A stretch of DNA of 64,000 nt from the IMG/VR virus record IMGVR_UViG_3300004241_000001, positions 1-64,000 of that record; one strand, written 5' to 3'. Positions 17,103 to 28,074 of this stretch are shown here, piece by piece (the first letter of the stretch is position 1; each line of letters begins with the position of its first letter). A program made the translations under genes and the position numbers. The DNA comes from a virus. Taxonomy: Duplodnaviria > Caudoviricetes. The notes below the pieces were generated by a model that did not search any database, was not told the origin of the DNA, and was given only the letters and a program-made list of their open reading frames with translations.

Positions 17103-18962
17103 ATGGCTTTATTATCTTTTTATAGAAATAAGAATGTAAAAGTTGATTGGGAGACAAGAAAAAAATACCTTAAAGCGATATGGTGGTTTAGGCGCAGAGA
17201 GGGTATTGTTTATTTTGTCAGGGAAATACTTGGGATAAGGCTTGCCTGTCACCAAAGGCTTTGCATTCGTGGTGTGTGGACACATCCCAATGCTGGAATG
17301 ATACTTTCTCGTGGTATGGCAAAGACTACAATGGAAGCAATAATTCACGTTGCAAGAACAATGCTTTATCATTCATATAGAATTCAATCTGTAGCCGGCG
17401 GTTCATTTAAACAGACAAAACAGGTAATGCAATATTCTGAACAAATAATTAAAGGTTCTCTTGTTGGGCAGGAAAGAAAAGAATACGCAAAGAAATGTTT
17501 GCCAAGGCATGACAAGATTGTAATAAAGTCATCTAATTCTGATTGGGATATAAATATAGGACAGTCAACCATCAAAGGTTTAGCGATCAATGGAGATAAT
17601 AGAGGCTTCCGTGCTAATACTTTGACCGTAGGCGAAGGTAATGATGTGCCGGCAGATGTAATGAGTGCTATATTTAAACCATTCATGGCAGTTCCATATG
17701 ACCCTATGGGAGTTTTTGGAAACAAAACAAGAGCGGAATTGATTTGTCCTAAATTAAAAGATATGGCAACAAAGGAAAACTTCTTTCTTGATTCTGGAAC
17801 GATAAATTATGATTGGACAGCTTTCTGGCATTGGTCAAAAAGAGTTATGGGAGAAATAGTTCAATATGTAAATGATTGGCTTAAAAAAGAAAAGATAGCT
17901 GAATTAACTGAGAATGGATTTAACAGGAATTTCTTTGCAATGTATGATTTTGAAGATACATATGTTGGAGAGAAAGGATTATGGAGAGATACTTCAAGGC
18001 CAGGATGGAATACTCCAAGAATAGATAGACAATATATTAAAATGGATATCAATGTAATCTTATCTGATTTCGATAATGCAGATTTTGATATTGATACATG
18101 GAAAGCCGAATACAAAAATAAAATCATCTCTTCATCAGGAAGAGAATTCAGCATGGAACTTCTTCACAACGCATATAAGGATAGAAGCGGTGCAGATGTT
18201 AGAGCAGTTCCAAGATTTCGTTCTGACAAAATGTGTGTTTGGGGAATTGACCCTGCACGTTCAGCAAATAACGCAGAGTTCTCTGTTGTTATTGGAGAAC
18301 TTGGAGAAACATATAATCAACTTGTCTATTGTTCTGGTGACAGAAATATGTCTTTCGGAGAAATGACCGAAAAGATATTGATGTTGGATAAATGTTTTCC
18401 AAATACAATACTGATAGGAATGGATCAAGGTGGAGGCGGCACAGCAATCAGAGATAACTTAAGAGATAGAAGGTTCATTCCTGTTTCCAAGCCATTTCTT
18501 ATTGACCCTGATGATCCAGACAATCTTCCTCTGATAGAAAATGGAAGCGACTTGTATCGTTCTATCGTTAGAATGTTGGTTCCAACAGCGGAAAGAAATA
18601 CATATTGGAATAAGTTTGCCAAGAACCAATTGGAACTTCACAATATGATAATTCCTTTTACGACAGATGGGAAATATCTCTTTGACGAGGACACTCTTCC
18701 AAAAGAATATTTTAATGGAACAGAAGTCAAAGCAGAAATATCTGCAATGTATAAAACAATCCACATAATGAAGAAACAAATTGCCTCAGTGGAGATACAG
18801 AGAGCAGGTAATTTTCTATCATATTTCGTTAAGACAGGACAGAAGGATAGATATAGCGCATACATCTATATGAACGCAATGGTTCAGCTTTATATACAGG
18901 TTTTAAGAAATGTTGTAAAAGAACAAGAAGAGGAGTCATATGGAGTAGCAGTACGAAGATAA
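17103..18962 (+). CDS. terL: Terminase large subunit
   Basis: Walker A-like SRGMAKT; RGFRAN; nuclease motifs WGIDPAR, MDQGGGG and KDRYSA; precedes the portal gene. Confidence 0.9.
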   Translation: MALLSFYRNKNVKVDWETRKKYLKAIWWFRRREGIVYFVREILGIRLACHQRLCIRGVWTHPNAGMILSRGMAKTTMEAIIHVARTMLYHSYRIQSVAGGSFKQTKQVMQYSEQIIKGSLVGQERKEYAKKCLPRHDKIVIKSSNSDWDINIGQSTIKGLAINGDNRGFRANTLTVGEGNDVPADVMSAIFKPFMAVPYDPMGVFGNKTRAELICPKLKDMATKENFFLDSGTINYDWTAFWHWSKRVMGEIVQYVNDWLKKEKIAELTENGFNRNFFAMYDFEDTYVGEKGLWRDTSRPGWNTPRIDRQYIKMDINVILSDFDNADFDIDTWKAEYKNKIISSSGREFSMELLHNAYKDRSGADVRAVPRFRSDKMCVWGIDPARSANNAEFSVVIGELGETYNQLVYCSGDRNMSFGEMTEKILMLDKCFPNTILIGMDQGGGGTAIRDNLRDRRFIPVSKPFLIDPDDPDNLPLIENGSDLYRSIVRMLVPTAERNTYWNKFAKNQLELHNMIIPFTTDGKYLFDEDTLPKEYFNGTEVKAEISAMYKTIHIMKKQIASVEIQRAGNFLSYFVKTGQKDRYSAYIYMNAMVQLYIQVLRNVVKEQEEESYGVAVRR

Positions 18963-18970
18963 AATTTTAT

Positions 18971-18999
18971 TTGACAATATTTTGACTTGAGATTAATAT
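18971..18999 (+). promoter_or_regulatory. sigma70-type promoter
   Basis: TTGACA-17-TAATAT. Confidence 0.55.
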
Positions 19000-19029
19000 G
19001 TGTAGAGGATTTTTAGGAAAGGAAGAACT

Positions 19030-20901
19030 ATGAGAGCAAAAACTATTGGCATGACCAAAAATAAGAATGGTAGTGAAACAAGAGTTGTTCAATTTGAAAG
19101 AACTGGAGTAAACGGAGAGAAAGAACTTTGCGTTGCTCAGTCTGTATCATCCTCTACTTCAACTAACCCAATGGTATATTTGAATGGGCTTGATCAATAT
19201 GTGAATATGCTCACAAACAACTCTTCCATGAGCGAACCATTGTGCAAGCAATCAATAATTCTTTCCAATAGACTTTATCTCTATGGGGGAATATGCTCTT
19301 CTGCTCTAGATTTGCTTATTACAATGGCAAATACAAATATGATGATTGTTTCTGACTCTCCTGAATTAAATGCAATAATGGAAAATATTCAATCATTTGC
19401 GAATATCACGAATGATAGAATGTTGCCCGGATATAAGATTTTAAATGAGCATATGTTCTCTGATTACAATATAAATGGAAACTGTTTTCCATATATTAGA
19501 TGGGAATATAGAAAAATAAATGGAAAGCAATATTTCGCTCCATCTACAATAACTCCATTAAATCCTCTTGGAATTAGAATTGATGGTTCGAAAAGTGGAT
19601 TATCAGAATATATTTATTACCAGAATAATTATGGTAATGGCGATGTTTCAGTAAATGAAAAAGCATCAGGAATGCAATTACTTAAGAAAATAAACATGAA
19701 GAGGATTGCAAGAAGAGGCAAGTCTTATTTCTGGTGGGGTATTCCATATTTAACAAAATCATTTGAAGCTATTTATAGAAAAAGTAAAATAATAAAACTT
19801 GACCAAGCCATAACTGATGGCATTATAGGACTGATTACAGTATTTTCGCTTGCGAACCAGAAAGATGGAACGTATGCAAAAAAAGCGGATGTAGAAAAAT
19901 TTTCTCAATTGCTTTCAGCGAAAGATTCCTCTGGCCCTCTTTATATTGTATGGCCTGGTCACGTTAAAACTGATATAGTTGGTCCTGATGGTCAGATATT
20001 AAAATTTGATGAGAGATATGCAACAGTTGATAAAGATATTGCATCAGCATTGGCGATTCCAATGTTTCTTCTTAATGGAGAATCAAAAGGAAGTAACTCT
20101 GGTTCGGAAATATCAATTAAACCATTAATGGAAACATTAAGAGATAGCCAAATGAATATTGGACAATGGTGGGTATGGATGGCTTTTAATATAGCAATGC
20201 AAAATGATATCAAAGTTAACAAGATAGAAGCATTATGGAGCAATCCAAATATAGAAGACGTTAAAGGATTAATTACCGTTGTTGATAATATGAGAGATAG
20301 AGGACTTCTTTCTAATACTTCTGCAAACTTAAAAATGGGATGTTCTGCGACAATAGAAGAATATCTTATGAGAGAAGAAGCCGAGAAGAAAGAAAGCGAT
20401 CCTAAATATGTATTTGGCTCTCCGCAGGAAGTTCCATTCCAAGGTCAAGGTTCAAACACAAAAGATGGAGGAGACGGAAGGCCGGCAACTCCAGTTGAAG
20501 ATACGAAAAAGACAATGAAGAAAATAAAAGATTCAGCAAAGGCTTCGATCAATGACAAAATATTAGACAAAAATCTTAAAGAATTAGTCGAAGAATCAAG
20601 AAGTATTTTAATATCATCTTACATCAAAAAACTAAAATCAGATTCACTTTCAACAGACCAAAAGATGAATCTTGGAACGTTGACCGCCTCTCATATGAGC
20701 AGTGCGTTCTGCACAATGTTAGATGACAATTCAACTGATTTCTACGATTATATTTTAAACGAAAGTCTTGAATTTTCAGACCTCTGTACGGCAATGGCAG
20801 TAGAAAACAAAATAGAGGAAGAAATTATAATTGACAAATCAAAAGCTCTATTGCATAATGTTTTTACAGAGTATAAAAAGAGGAAGGCGTTATCTAAATG
20901 A
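19030..20901 (+). CDS. Portal protein
   Basis: Follows terL; INGNCFPY, WWGIPYL and IASALAIPMFLLNG portal-like segments. Confidence 0.85.
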   Translation: MRAKTIGMTKNKNGSETRVVQFERTGVNGEKELCVAQSVSSSTSTNPMVYLNGLDQYVNMLTNNSSMSEPLCKQSIILSNRLYLYGGICSSALDLLITMANTNMMIVSDSPELNAIMENIQSFANITNDRMLPGYKILNEHMFSDYNINGNCFPYIRWEYRKINGKQYFAPSTITPLNPLGIRIDGSKSGLSEYIYYQNNYGNGDVSVNEKASGMQLLKKINMKRIARRGKSYFWWGIPYLTKSFEAIYRKSKIIKLDQAITDGIIGLITVFSLANQKDGTYAKKADVEKFSQLLSAKDSSGPLYIVWPGHVKTDIVGPDGQILKFDERYATVDKDIASALAIPMFLLNGESKGSNSGSEISIKPLMETLRDSQMNIGQWWVWMAFNIAMQNDIKVNKIEALWSNPNIEDVKGLITVVDNMRDRGLLSNTSANLKMGCSATIEEYLMREEAEKKESDPKYVFGSPQEVPFQGQGSNTKDGGDGRPATPVEDTKKTMKKIKDSAKASINDKILDKNLKELVEESRSILISSYIKKLKSDSLSTDQKMNLGTLTASHMSSAFCTMLDDNSTDFYDYILNESLEFSDLCTAMAVENKIEEEIIIDKSKALLHNVFTEYKKRKALSK

Positions 20902-21758
20902 AACAGTTAGTAGTAGGCAATTGTATAAAAACTTATGACAAAAAAACTGTTGCTAAGGCAAAATTAAAAAAGGCTTTATGTGAAGTTGTTTCTAAATGCG
21001 GAGACAAAAAGAAAGTAAATAAAGCAGAAATAAAAGAGCAACTTTGTAAGGCAGAGATTGAATATTGGGAAATATATGAGGAAATTTGGGATAGTGTTCC
21101 AGAGAATGGTATAGAGACAGACGAAGACAGATTTGATAGAGAAATGGCGTTAATGATAGCGGACCGTTTTTCTTTCGCAAAGGATTCTTTTACTGTGGGG
21201 CATTCTCTTCTGAAATTTGATACCCCAAACGCAAATAAAGATTGTGTGGCATTCGAAGATAGATACAAATTTCTTGAATGTATGCCAGGACAAGCTTGCA
21301 CATATAATCACGACCAAGGACTGAAAATTGGTTCAATATTAAATGTCGCAATTTATGATCCTTTGAAAATTCTTTTGGCTAACGCTCGTTTATGGGAGGG
21401 AAGACCTGAATGCAATCCATATGTTTCAGAGGCAAGAGCTGAATATGATGCTATCGGAACAATTCCATTTTCATATGAAATATATGTAAATACAGCAGAA
21501 TGTTCTGTTTGTGGTAGAAAATTTGACTATTCTGATGAAAAAAATTATTGTCAGCACCTTAAAACAAGAATGGAACCGGGTTCAACTGCCTTCAGAATTT
21601 TAAGAGATATAGAGCCAGCTGGAGAGGCAGTAGTTCTTGGTGGAGAAAGACCAGCATACAAAGGAAGCAAAACGTTTGTTGCGGCAAGTGATGAACAAAT
21701 AAAAGAACTTTTACAGCAACTCAATGACATAGAAAATACTTTGAAAGGGGAAAAATAA
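20898..21758 (+). CDS. Prohead protease (Cys/His zinc-binding type)
   Basis: PNANKD, NHD, FSYE...CSVCG...CQHL and PAY motifs; position. Confidence 0.7.
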   Translation: MKQLVVGNCIKTYDKKTVAKAKLKKALCEVVSKCGDKKKVNKAEIKEQLCKAEIEYWEIYEEIWDSVPENGIETDEDRFDREMALMIADRFSFAKDSFTVGHSLLKFDTPNANKDCVAFEDRYKFLECMPGQACTYNHDQGLKIGSILNVAIYDPLKILLANARLWEGRPECNPYVSEARAEYDAIGTIPFSYEIYVNTAECSVCGRKFDYSDEKNYCQHLKTRMEPGSTAFRILRDIEPAGEAVVLGGERPAYKGSKTFVAASDEQIKELLQQLNDIENTLKGEK

Positions 21759-22321
21759 TGAAGGAAATTTTAAACAAAATTGCTTCTATCCGTGAACTTG
21801 TTACGGCTTCAGCAAAAGACAATAAAGCTTTAACTGATCAGATGGAAGAGATTAAAAAGGCACAGGGCGAGTTAGCGATAGCATTTGATAAAAATACTAA
21901 CGACCTCAAAGAAAAAGAACTTGTTATTGCAAGTCAGAATGAAAGAATAATGGAGCTTGAATCAGATAAATTTGTATCTGACTGCAAAAATGAAGTCGCA
22001 AAGAAAACGGCAGAATTGGCAATCGCAAAACAAAAAGAATCAGAGGAAAAGAACCGCAGAGAAAAAGCTATTTCTGAAAAAGGCATTAAGTCAGGAACAG
22101 TTGTAAATAAACTTATGTCTCTTGCATCGGTTCAGGAATTTGATGAAAATTTGGCAATAATTGTAACTGCTATGGAAGAAGCTAATAAAAATGCTAAAGC
22201 TATGGTTCAAGCAGCAATCGTTAAAGATCAGGACAACATTGATATATCTGGAGAAATGAATCTGAATATAAAAGGTTCTCCAGAACAGGAAATGTCCAAG
22301 ATGGCAAAAAATATAAAATAA
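21758..22321 (+). CDS. Scaffold-like coiled-coil protein
   Basis: E/K/A-rich helical sequence between the protease and capsid genes. Confidence 0.6.
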   Translation: MKEILNKIASIRELVTASAKDNKALTDQMEEIKKAQGELAIAFDKNTNDLKEKELVIASQNERIMELESDKFVSDCKNEVAKKTAELAIAKQKESEEKNRREKAISEKGIKSGTVVNKLMSLASVQEFDENLAIIVTAMEEANKNAKAMVQAAIVKDQDNIDISGEMNLNIKGSPEQEMSKMAKNIK

Positions 22322-22328
22322 TTGAAAG

Positions 22329-22811
22329 GTGGAATTAAAAATGTTTTGGTTAAATACTCCTTATAGTGACTTAAATCTTGCAAATTGCAAATCGGTAAAA
22401 GCGGGCGAAGCTCTTAATGGTGGAGACGTAGTTCTTGTTGAAAAAGACACGAATTCAAACGTACTCATTGCTCGTAAACCAACATCAGAAGCAGAAGCAG
22501 CAAAAGTAGTGGGTATTGTTGGACTTGTCCAGAACAACCTTACGACTGTAGACCCTAATGGTTTCATTACAGGTTACGCTTCAGGCACAAAAATTCAGGT
22601 TCTTAATGGCATAGAGTTTACAGTTGACTCAGACAGTTTTACTGCTGGCTCATATACAAAAGGCGATTATACTGGTATTAGCGTTTCAGGTAAAATTGTT
22701 GCATCAGGTTCAGCAGTTGCCGCTACAGCTAAATTCTTCCATGTTGAAGATTACAAAGCATTATCCCCATCAGGTGCTTTGCTCACTCTGAAAATGGATA
22801 GCATATTCTAA
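22329..22811 (+). CDS. Head decoration / cement protein
   Basis: Small G/A/V-rich beta-type protein directly before the major capsid gene. Confidence 0.6.
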   Translation: MELKMFWLNTPYSDLNLANCKSVKAGEALNGGDVVLVEKDTNSNVLIARKPTSEAEAAKVVGIVGLVQNNLTTVDPNGFITGYASGTKIQVLNGIEFTVDSDSFTAGSYTKGDYTGISVSGKIVASGSAVAATAKFFHVEDYKALSPSGALLTLKMDSIF

Positions 22812-22871
22812 CAAAACATGAGGGCTTTTTAGCCCTCATTAAATTAATAAGATAAAAAGGAAGGATATAAA

Positions 22872-23834
22872 ATGAATAAACAATTAGTAGTTGCAAAATT
22901 AATGGAAAAAATAGAAACTGCTCAGGCAAAGGGTAAATTCAGTCAGGAAAAATTTGAAGAAAACGCAAGGGCATTAATGGCAAAACATGGTGCAAAAAAA
23001 GGTCTTGCTATTGCTACAACGATCGTTATGAACGATTATATATTTGAACAGCCTCCGGTTGTTGACCTTGCATCAATGATGTTCGCTCCAGCTCAGGTTG
23101 AAGGTAGCACAATGGTAGTTAAAACAGGTTACAAAACTGGTAGCGCAATCATTCACGCAATTGGTACTCCTGCTCCAACACAGATGACATATTCCAATGA
23201 ACTTCGTGTATCGATGGAACGTATTTCTTGGATGACTTCATTTGACGTATCGGAACTTTCAAATACTTTCTTGCAGACAATTTTAAACAACGGCGCAGAT
23301 ATCAATGAAAAAATGGCTCTGGCAAGACTGAAAAAATGTATCGAACTCATTAAAGCTTCAATCACAAATGATGGCGAATGCATTTATGGTAAATCAGCTT
23401 CATTACAGGCCGCTACATTAAAATCGTTAATCCGTCAGTTGGTTGACAAATCAAGCGGTAGCCAGCCAAAAGCAATCATAGGCCGTTATTCTCTTGTAAG
23501 CCAGATTTGTGACTTCACAGGCTTTGGCCCTTCGACTTTAGAAAACATTGACAACAATGGTTTCCTTGGCAGATTCCACGGCGCAAGTGTTATCGCAGTA
23601 AACGAAAGCAATGAAGTTTATATTGACTCACTTAAAAATAAACTTGAAATGCCAGTAATCGATGATAATGGTATATTCCTTGTTGGTGGCAAATGCGGTT
23701 ATGAAGGTAAAACAAGCGTTCAGACATTAAATGACTTTAACGTAACTATACCTGCCGAAATCCATCACACATATCAGGATTACGCAGCAGCAATAATCGA
23801 CAAACGTAGAATTGGTTACTATGAAATAGGCTAA
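22872..23834 (+). CDS. Major capsid protein
   Basis: 320 aa, position, GFLGRFHGASVI segment, followed by a strong terminator. Confidence 0.8.
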   Translation: MNKQLVVAKLMEKIETAQAKGKFSQEKFEENARALMAKHGAKKGLAIATTIVMNDYIFEQPPVVDLASMMFAPAQVEGSTMVVKTGYKTGSAIIHAIGTPAPTQMTYSNELRVSMERISWMTSFDVSELSNTFLQTILNNGADINEKMALARLKKCIELIKASITNDGECIYGKSASLQAATLKSLIRQLVDKSSGSQPKAIIGRYSLVSQICDFTGFGPSTLENIDNNGFLGRFHGASVIAVNESNEVYIDSLKNKLEMPVIDDNGIFLVGGKCGYEGKTSVQTLNDFNVTIPAEIHHTYQDYAAAIIDKRRIGYYEIG

Positions 23835-23861
23835 TCGTCTCCGTTAGTTTATTAATAGAAC

Positions 23862-23892
23862 ATCCCCGGCGAAAGTCGGGGATTTTTTATTT
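23862..23892 (+). terminator. Intrinsic terminator
   Basis: ATCCCCGGC-GAAA-GTCGGGGAT followed by TTTTT. Confidence 0.85.
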
Positions 23893-23899
23893 AGACCCG

Positions 23900-23928
23900 T
23901 TGACATTATTTTAGATTTAGTTTATAAT
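23900..23928 (+). promoter_or_regulatory. Consensus sigma70 promoter upstream of the glycosyltransferase cassette
   Basis: TTGACA-17-TATAAT, perfect match. Confidence 0.8.
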
Positions 23929-23960
23929 TTGCTCAATTTTTAAACAAAGGAGACATCAAT

Positions 23961-24407
23961 ATGGGAAGATTATTAGGTGAAAGAGAAAATTTAAAATTAA
24001 AACGCTTTAAAAACAATTCACAAAATGAAACATATGGAGTCGAGTTCCAAAATGGAACAAACATCGCGGTTGAACCAGGAGATATCGTTGCACTTACAGA
24101 AAACGAACTTCTTGTCTTGTCAACATCAGAAACATGGCCAACTATGGACATGCTCGAAATAAATGAAACAGCAATGAAAGAAATGGCAAAGAGTGTAAAT
24201 AAAAAAATCGTAAACAATAGAGACTATAATGAAATGGCAGAAATTATTGTAAAAACCGATGAAGAGATCGTAAATTCTGCATGTGAATTAAAAAGCTTAT
24301 CAAAAGTTAAAAGACTTAAAGAAGAATGTGAGAAAGCAAACAAAGGTTACCTGCTTATAAAAGAATTGCAGAGGCTTATTGATAGTTTCGGCAAAGAAAG
24401 GAAATAA
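23961..24407 (+). CDS. Hypothetical protein (post-capsid gene)
   Basis: ORF with AAGGAG SD. Confidence 0.8.
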   Translation: MGRLLGERENLKLKRFKNNSQNETYGVEFQNGTNIAVEPGDIVALTENELLVLSTSETWPTMDMLEINETAMKEMAKSVNKKIVNNRDYNEMAEIIVKTDEEIVNSACELKSLSKVKRLKEECEKANKGYLLIKELQRLIDSFGKERK

Positions 24408-24409
24408 TT

Positions 24410-24589
24410 ATGAGTGATTTAGAATGGATAAAATCTGATAAAGATTTAAAAGAAAAATACGATAAATTTAAGTCAGAGAATAAATCATTTGCTCAAAAAT
24501 ATGAATCGTATGATAAATTTTCTGAGGAGTTAGTTGGGAAAAAAGAAGAAACTACTACAGATAATAAAGAAGAATCAGAAAAGAAATAA
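24410..24589 (+). CDS. Small charged protein (59 aa, not in the ORF track)
   Basis: Manual translation MSDLEWIKSDKDLKEKY...ESEKK; AAGGA SD. Confidence 0.65.
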   Translation: MSDLEWIKSDKDLKEKYDKFKSENKSFAQKYESYDKFSEELVGKKEETTTDNKEESEKK

Positions 24590-24614
24590 ATAACATTTCA
24601 TTGAAGGAGACGCA

Positions 24615-25817
24615 ATGAAGAAAATTTTTATAGTAGGAGATTATTCATCTCCTACAGGATTTGCTCAGGTTTTGGAAAATATAACAAAAAACTTATGTGA
24701 TAAATTTGAGATTACCGTTTTAGCATGTAATTATAATTGCTCTATGCCAATAAAAACATTTGATGGGAAAGTCAAAGTTTATATTGCAAGGAGCAATTAT
24801 GGTTTAAGAGAGGTTCTGCCTCTTGCTAAAGTTATTAAACCGGATATAATTTTTACATTAAATGATGGATATTATATGCCTCAGTATTATGCCGCAATGC
24901 AAGGAATATTGAATAAGACTTATTGGATTTCTTATGTTGTTTTTGATGGCGCTCCAATAGATAGTTCTTGGGCATATTATCTTAAATTTATTGATAAAGT
25001 AATCACTCCTACAAAATGGCAAAAAGACTTAATTGAGAATGGTGGATTCTTGCCGAAAGATGCAGTTGATGTAATCCCTCATGGATTTGATTCAAATATC
25101 TTTTATGCTCTATCGGATGAAGAAGTATTAAAACATAGAAAACAAGTTTTATCCTCTGTTCCCAAGACAACTTATGATACATTTATCATGGGAATGATAG
25201 CAAAAAACTTTAATCGTAAGAGATGGCCAGAAGCAATTCAGTCGTTTGCTTATTTCTGTGAAACAGTTTCAAAAGACGCAGTATTTTTATGCTATACTAC
25301 AAATGGATTTTCTATTGATGAGTTTAATTTAAAAATGATTGCCGAGACATATGGAGTAAAAGATAAAGTCGTTATATTATCCGACACGGTTCCTCTTACA
25401 GATGAAAAAATGAATTCATTGTATAACACGATGGATTTAAATGTATTGTTATCAATTGGAGAAGGTTTTGGCCTTCCAACATTATATTCCTCTGCTGTAG
25501 GCCGGCATACAATTGTATATGATAATTCTGTTCAAAGAGAATTATCACAGTATGTTATTGGGAGTATAGTTGCTGACGCAAACTCTGAAAAAATAATATT
25601 TCCAAATGATAATGGCAACATAAGAAATCTTCCAAATATTTCTTCTGTGAAAAAACATATGAAAGAAATTTACGATAGAAGAGTAGAAATTAGATCGTAT
25701 GAATATCGTGAAAGTATGTCATTAAAACAGAATTCAATGTCATGGAAGAATATATCTCCATATTTTGAACATATATTTAATTCCGCTAAAGAAAATAAAA
25801 CTGTGGCGGTGATTTAA
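24615..25817 (+). CDS. Glycosyltransferase, GT-B fold (GT4-like)
   Basis: PTGFAQV, VIPHGFD, NFNRKR and GEGFGLP motifs. Confidence 0.9.
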   Translation: MKKIFIVGDYSSPTGFAQVLENITKNLCDKFEITVLACNYNCSMPIKTFDGKVKVYIARSNYGLREVLPLAKVIKPDIIFTLNDGYYMPQYYAAMQGILNKTYWISYVVFDGAPIDSSWAYYLKFIDKVITPTKWQKDLIENGGFLPKDAVDVIPHGFDSNIFYALSDEEVLKHRKQVLSSVPKTTYDTFIMGMIAKNFNRKRWPEAIQSFAYFCETVSKDAVFLCYTTNGFSIDEFNLKMIAETYGVKDKVVILSDTVPLTDEKMNSLYNTMDLNVLLSIGEGFGLPTLYSSAVGRHTIVYDNSVQRELSQYVIGSIVADANSEKIIFPNDNGNIRNLPNISSVKKHMKEIYDRRVEIRSYEYRESMSLKQNSMSWKNISPYFEHIFNSAKENKTVAVI

Positions 25818-26909
25818 ATGAAAATTCTTTGGATCTTTGGATATCACGAATCATCAGGATACGCTAGAAATAGCAGAGAGTTCATAAAAGCCTTTAATGC
25901 GAATGGAATAGAAACAAAATTCCTTATCGAAAAAGGAACAAAATACCCTGACAAAGAAGAGATAGAAAAATTTGCTATAACAAGAGAAGAGTTGGATAAT
26001 TTTAATTTTGATGTAGTGATACAAAATGTAATACCACCTTGTTTTAAAAGAATTGGGAAAGTAAAAAACATCCTTATGACAGTCGCAGAAACAGATAGAG
26101 TAAGCCATCAATGGATTGATTACTGCAACCAGGCAGATGAACTATGGACTATGAGTTATTTTTCTGCCGCATCATTTATCACCTCTGGATTGAGGATTCC
26201 TCATTTTATTTCTTTAATGCCATTGGATATTGAAAAAATAAAACAATCAAAGTCTGATATGTTTACAGTAAAGAAAAAAGATAATACATTTATATTTTTT
26301 GCTAACTCTGAATGGACTCCAAGAAAAGGCTGGGATATTTTATTAGACGCGTACTTTTCAGAATTTAAAAATGAAGATAATGTATGTCTTTTGATAAAAA
26401 CCTGTTGCTTTTCTCAATGCGAAAATAGTGCATCAATCGCAAATGAAATAAAGGCATTTAAACAAAGATATGATGCGAAATGTCAATGTATCGTTATAAA
26501 TGAAATTCTTCCAATAGAGGACGTTTGGTCTTTAAATAAACAAGCAGACGCTTTTGTGTTGCCATCAAGAGGAGAAGGATGTGGAATAGGTTATCTTGAA
26601 TCAATGGCCCTTAGTAGACCTGTAATCGCTCCTTCCAAAGGCGGCCAGGTAGATTATTTTATTCCCGGTGCAAGTTTTCCTGTAAGTTCTAAAATAACTC
26701 AAGCATTTAGATTTCCTCATAATCCAAATTATGACGAAACAATGAGATGGATTACAACTGATGCTTCCGACTTAAGAAGAAATATGAGGCTTGCAAAAGA
26801 AATGCAATCAAGAGGAATAATAGACCCGAAGGCATATACAATTTTCGAAGAAAGATTTGGAATACGCGGAAGTGAAATAAAAAAATCAATTGAAAGGTTA
26901 ATGAGATAA
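25818..26909 (+). CDS. Glycosyltransferase, GT-B fold (GT4-like)
   Basis: SGYARNS, RKGWDILL and FVLPSRGEGCGIGYLESMA motifs. Confidence 0.9.
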   Translation: MKILWIFGYHESSGYARNSREFIKAFNANGIETKFLIEKGTKYPDKEEIEKFAITREELDNFNFDVVIQNVIPPCFKRIGKVKNILMTVAETDRVSHQWIDYCNQADELWTMSYFSAASFITSGLRIPHFISLMPLDIEKIKQSKSDMFTVKKKDNTFIFFANSEWTPRKGWDILLDAYFSEFKNEDNVCLLIKTCCFSQCENSASIANEIKAFKQRYDAKCQCIVINEILPIEDVWSLNKQADAFVLPSRGEGCGIGYLESMALSRPVIAPSKGGQVDYFIPGASFPVSSKITQAFRFPHNPNYDETMRWITTDASDLRRNMRLAKEMQSRGIIDPKAYTIFEERFGIRGSEIKKSIERLMR

Positions 26910-26910
26910 T

Positions 26911-28074
26911 ATGAAAGTTCTATTAATTGGAAGTATTTTTAGACACTCCTCTTTTTCAGGAGTTAATATAAATTTAATATCATCTCTTTCTAAAATTGGA
27001 GTAGATATAAAGTTTCTATGGACTAACCGGGATATGTCATTAGAAGAAAGTATCAGCGAATATTGCCCTTGGAAAAAAGACGAAATAGAAACCTTTAGAA
27101 ATATTTTGATATCAGAGGATGAGTTGCCAAATTATAATTTTGACTTTGCTATATATTTTCTCGTTGATCCAAAATATAACAAAAAAAGAGATAATGTAAA
27201 TGCAAAGAAGCATATCTTCTATACCGTTTGGTCGCATATAAATTTCCCTATAGAATGGAATGATTATTTTAGGGTATTCGATATGATATTTACACCATCA
27301 GAGGCAAATGCTCATGGACTTAGAATAAATGCAATAAATTCAACTGTAATTCCTCATGGTATTGATGAAACTATATTTAATATAGACAATTTGAACAATG
27401 ATAATGAAAGATGTCGTTTTTTAATGTGTAACTCTATTTGCAATTTTAAGGGAGCAGACGTAGCCATAGACTCATTTATGCAAGAATTTAACAATGATGA
27501 TATGGTTGAATTAATAATCCAAACTACTTCTCAGAAAAGAAACGAAGGAAATACTGCTGACCGGCATGGAGAATATTATAGAGAGTATATCGATATTTTA
27601 AATAAATATCCTCTTAAACAGCTCCATACATATTATCGCTCTCAAAGTATGAACCACGAAGATATGTCAAAATTATACAAATCATCTAATTGTGTTTTAT
27701 CTATTCATAGAGGTGATGGGTTTGGTTTAGTTCCTCTTGAAGCAGTTTCTTGTGGAATCCCAACAATAACAACAAATGCACATGGCCCTCAGACATATTT
27801 ATCGACCTTCTATCCTTATTTTGTAAAAGCAAATATAGATTGGACATCGAGACTAAGCGGAAGACATCATTTCCCGGATGGAGGATCCGAACACGAAATA
27901 TACATGTATTACGAGCCAGATGGATTTGATGTAAGAAGAAAAATGAGAATGGTTTATGAAGAGTGGAGGAAAAAAATAATAAACCCAGAAAGAATATCGA
28001 GATCTATTAATCATGGATTCAAATATTCAGACATTGCAAAAACAATAAAAGGAGTTCTTGAAAATGCCTTATAG
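26911..28074 (+). CDS. Glycosyltransferase, GT-B fold (GT4-like)
   Basis: VIPHGID, FKGADV and RGDGFGLVPLEAVSCGIP motifs. Confidence 0.9.
   Translation: MKVLLIGSIFRHSSFSGVNINLISSLSKIGVDIKFLWTNRDMSLEESISEYCPWKKDEIETFRNILISEDELPNYNFDFAIYFLVDPKYNKKRDNVNAKKHIFYTVWSHINFPIEWNDYFRVFDMIFTPSEANAHGLRINAINSTVIPHGIDETIFNIDNLNNDNERCRFLMCNSICNFKGADVAIDSFMQEFNNDDMVELIIQTTSQKRNEGNTADRHGEYYREYIDILNKYPLKQLHTYYRSQSMNHEDMSKLYKSSNCVLSIHRGDGFGLVPLEAVSCGIPTITTNAHGPQTYLSTFYPYFVKANIDWTSRLSGRHHFPDGGSEHEIYMYYEPDGFDVRRKMRMVYEEWRKKIINPERISRSINHGFKYSDIAKTIKGVLENAL

Noticed and set aside
22818-22839. Terminator before the major capsid gene
   Set aside because: Strong hairpin but no U-tract; more likely a stabilising or processing stem
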